UHGV virus genome: UHGV-0375243 | Strand: one strand, 5' to 3' | DNA length: 38,331 nt | Source of the DNA: a virus | In this document: positions 37,883 to 38,331 of the stretch, in pieces | Position numbering within the stretch: position 1 is the first letter of the stretch | Layout: each line of letters opens with the position of its first letter | Program-made: the position numbers and the translations under genes | Notes under the pieces: generated by a model | What the model saw: the letters and a program-made list of their open reading frames with translations, nothing else | What the model was told of the DNA's origin: nothing | Databases searched by the model: none

Positions 37883-38149
37883 GTGAGGACTTTAGCAATG
37901 GAAAAGAAGTATGAATACCCTGCACCAGCTAACTATCCAGATGTAGTGAATACCGATGAAGGGATTGAAAAATTAATTACAAAATCAAACCTTGAAGCAC
38001 TTTTAACAAAGATGGGAGAAGATGGTCATGATGTATCAGCTCCACTTGTAGAACTGATAGCAATGAGAAACTTTATAGTTCAAAAGATGAGAGGCAATAA
38101 AAATATAATACCGTTAGTGGAATGTATTTTGTTTGAGCTTAAGAAGTAA
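37883..38149 (+). CDS. Hypothetical protein
   Basis: An 88 aa ORF with an RBS (AGGA) and a terminator downstream. Confidence 0.3.
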   Translation: MRTLAMEKKYEYPAPANYPDVVNTDEGIEKLITKSNLEALLTKMGEDGHDVSAPLVELIAMRNFIVQKMRGNKNIIPLVECILFELKK

Positions 38150-38155
38150 GGTAAA

Positions 38156-38180
38156 GCACCGCTTAGACGGTGCTATTTAC
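38156..38180 (+). terminator. Rho-independent terminator
   Basis: The hairpin GCACCG-CTTAGA-CGGTGC is followed by TATTTA. Confidence 0.55.
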
Positions 38181-38218
38181 TCCAAATGGTTAATAAGTAA
38201 ATAAACAAATTGCAATAA

Positions 38219-38237
38219 CATAACCATTTTGGTAATT
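38219..38237. promoter_or_regulatory. Operator-like dyad, copy C (CATAACCATTTTGGTAATT)
   Basis: It matches copy A at 25315 at 17 of 19 positions and copy B at 25459 at 16 of 19. It lies about 290 bp upstream of the Rha gene if the window is circular. Confidence 0.45.
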
Positions 38238-38331
38238 TACAACCCCTTATTTATGCGCCATAGTGATTATACATCAGCAAAATCTGATGTCGGGATTGGC
38301 GTCCTGAATCTATCTAAACGGCGCATACACC

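Noticed and set aside
1-38331. CRISPR arrays, tRNA/tmRNA genes, IS elements
   Set aside because: There are no regularly spaced direct repeats with unique spacers. No GGTTCGAATCC-like T-arm or cloverleaf candidates were seen on reading. No transposase-like ORF is present. The only recombinase is the phage integrase.

Overview
The whole 38.3 kb window reads as one temperate tailed-phage genome, apparently complete, with no CRISPR, rRNA, tRNA or transposase. Its 3' end and 5' end together form a perfect terminator hairpin, which suggests a circular or circularly permuted genome that was linearised at an arbitrary point. The minus strand carries a tightly coupled late operon: TerS, TerL, a T7 gp8-like portal, scaffold, major capsid, tail tubular proteins A and B, and four internal virion (ejection) proteins. 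Wrapping round the window ends, the operon continues into a tailspike, then a lysis cassette of two holin-like proteins, an endolysin and overlapped i- and o-spanins. The early region is lambdoid. A Cro-like gene and a CI-like gene with two HTH domains are divergent. On the Cro side lie a replication initiator, a DnaC-like loader, a nin-like block (RusA, MazG, DUF551, DUF2591) and a Cys-rich protein next to a perfect palindrome ahead of the late operon. On the CI side lie a RecE-like PD-(D/E)XK exonuclease plus RecT, an AlpA-like excisionase, an ASCH protein, two adjacent DNA methyltransferases in a low-GC island, and a convergent P4-type tyrosine integrase next to an attP-like region rich in repeats. 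Morons include a Rha antirepressor and a low-GC lipoprotein. Several points deserve a second look. The tailspike is split by a frameshift in an A6-T-A6 homopolymer tract, and removing one A restores a canonical tail-fibre hinge motif. The distal tailspike part is compositionally foreign, at roughly 28 percent GC. One muralytic domain is present twice, as the endolysin and inside an injected virion protein. A 19-bp dyad operator family (CATAACCAwwTTGGTrATT, half-site TAACCA) recurs in at least 5 regulatory regions. A plus-oriented promoter and terminator sit inside the late operon and may give an antisense small RNA. All calls rest on reading the sequence and remembered family signatures. No database search was run.
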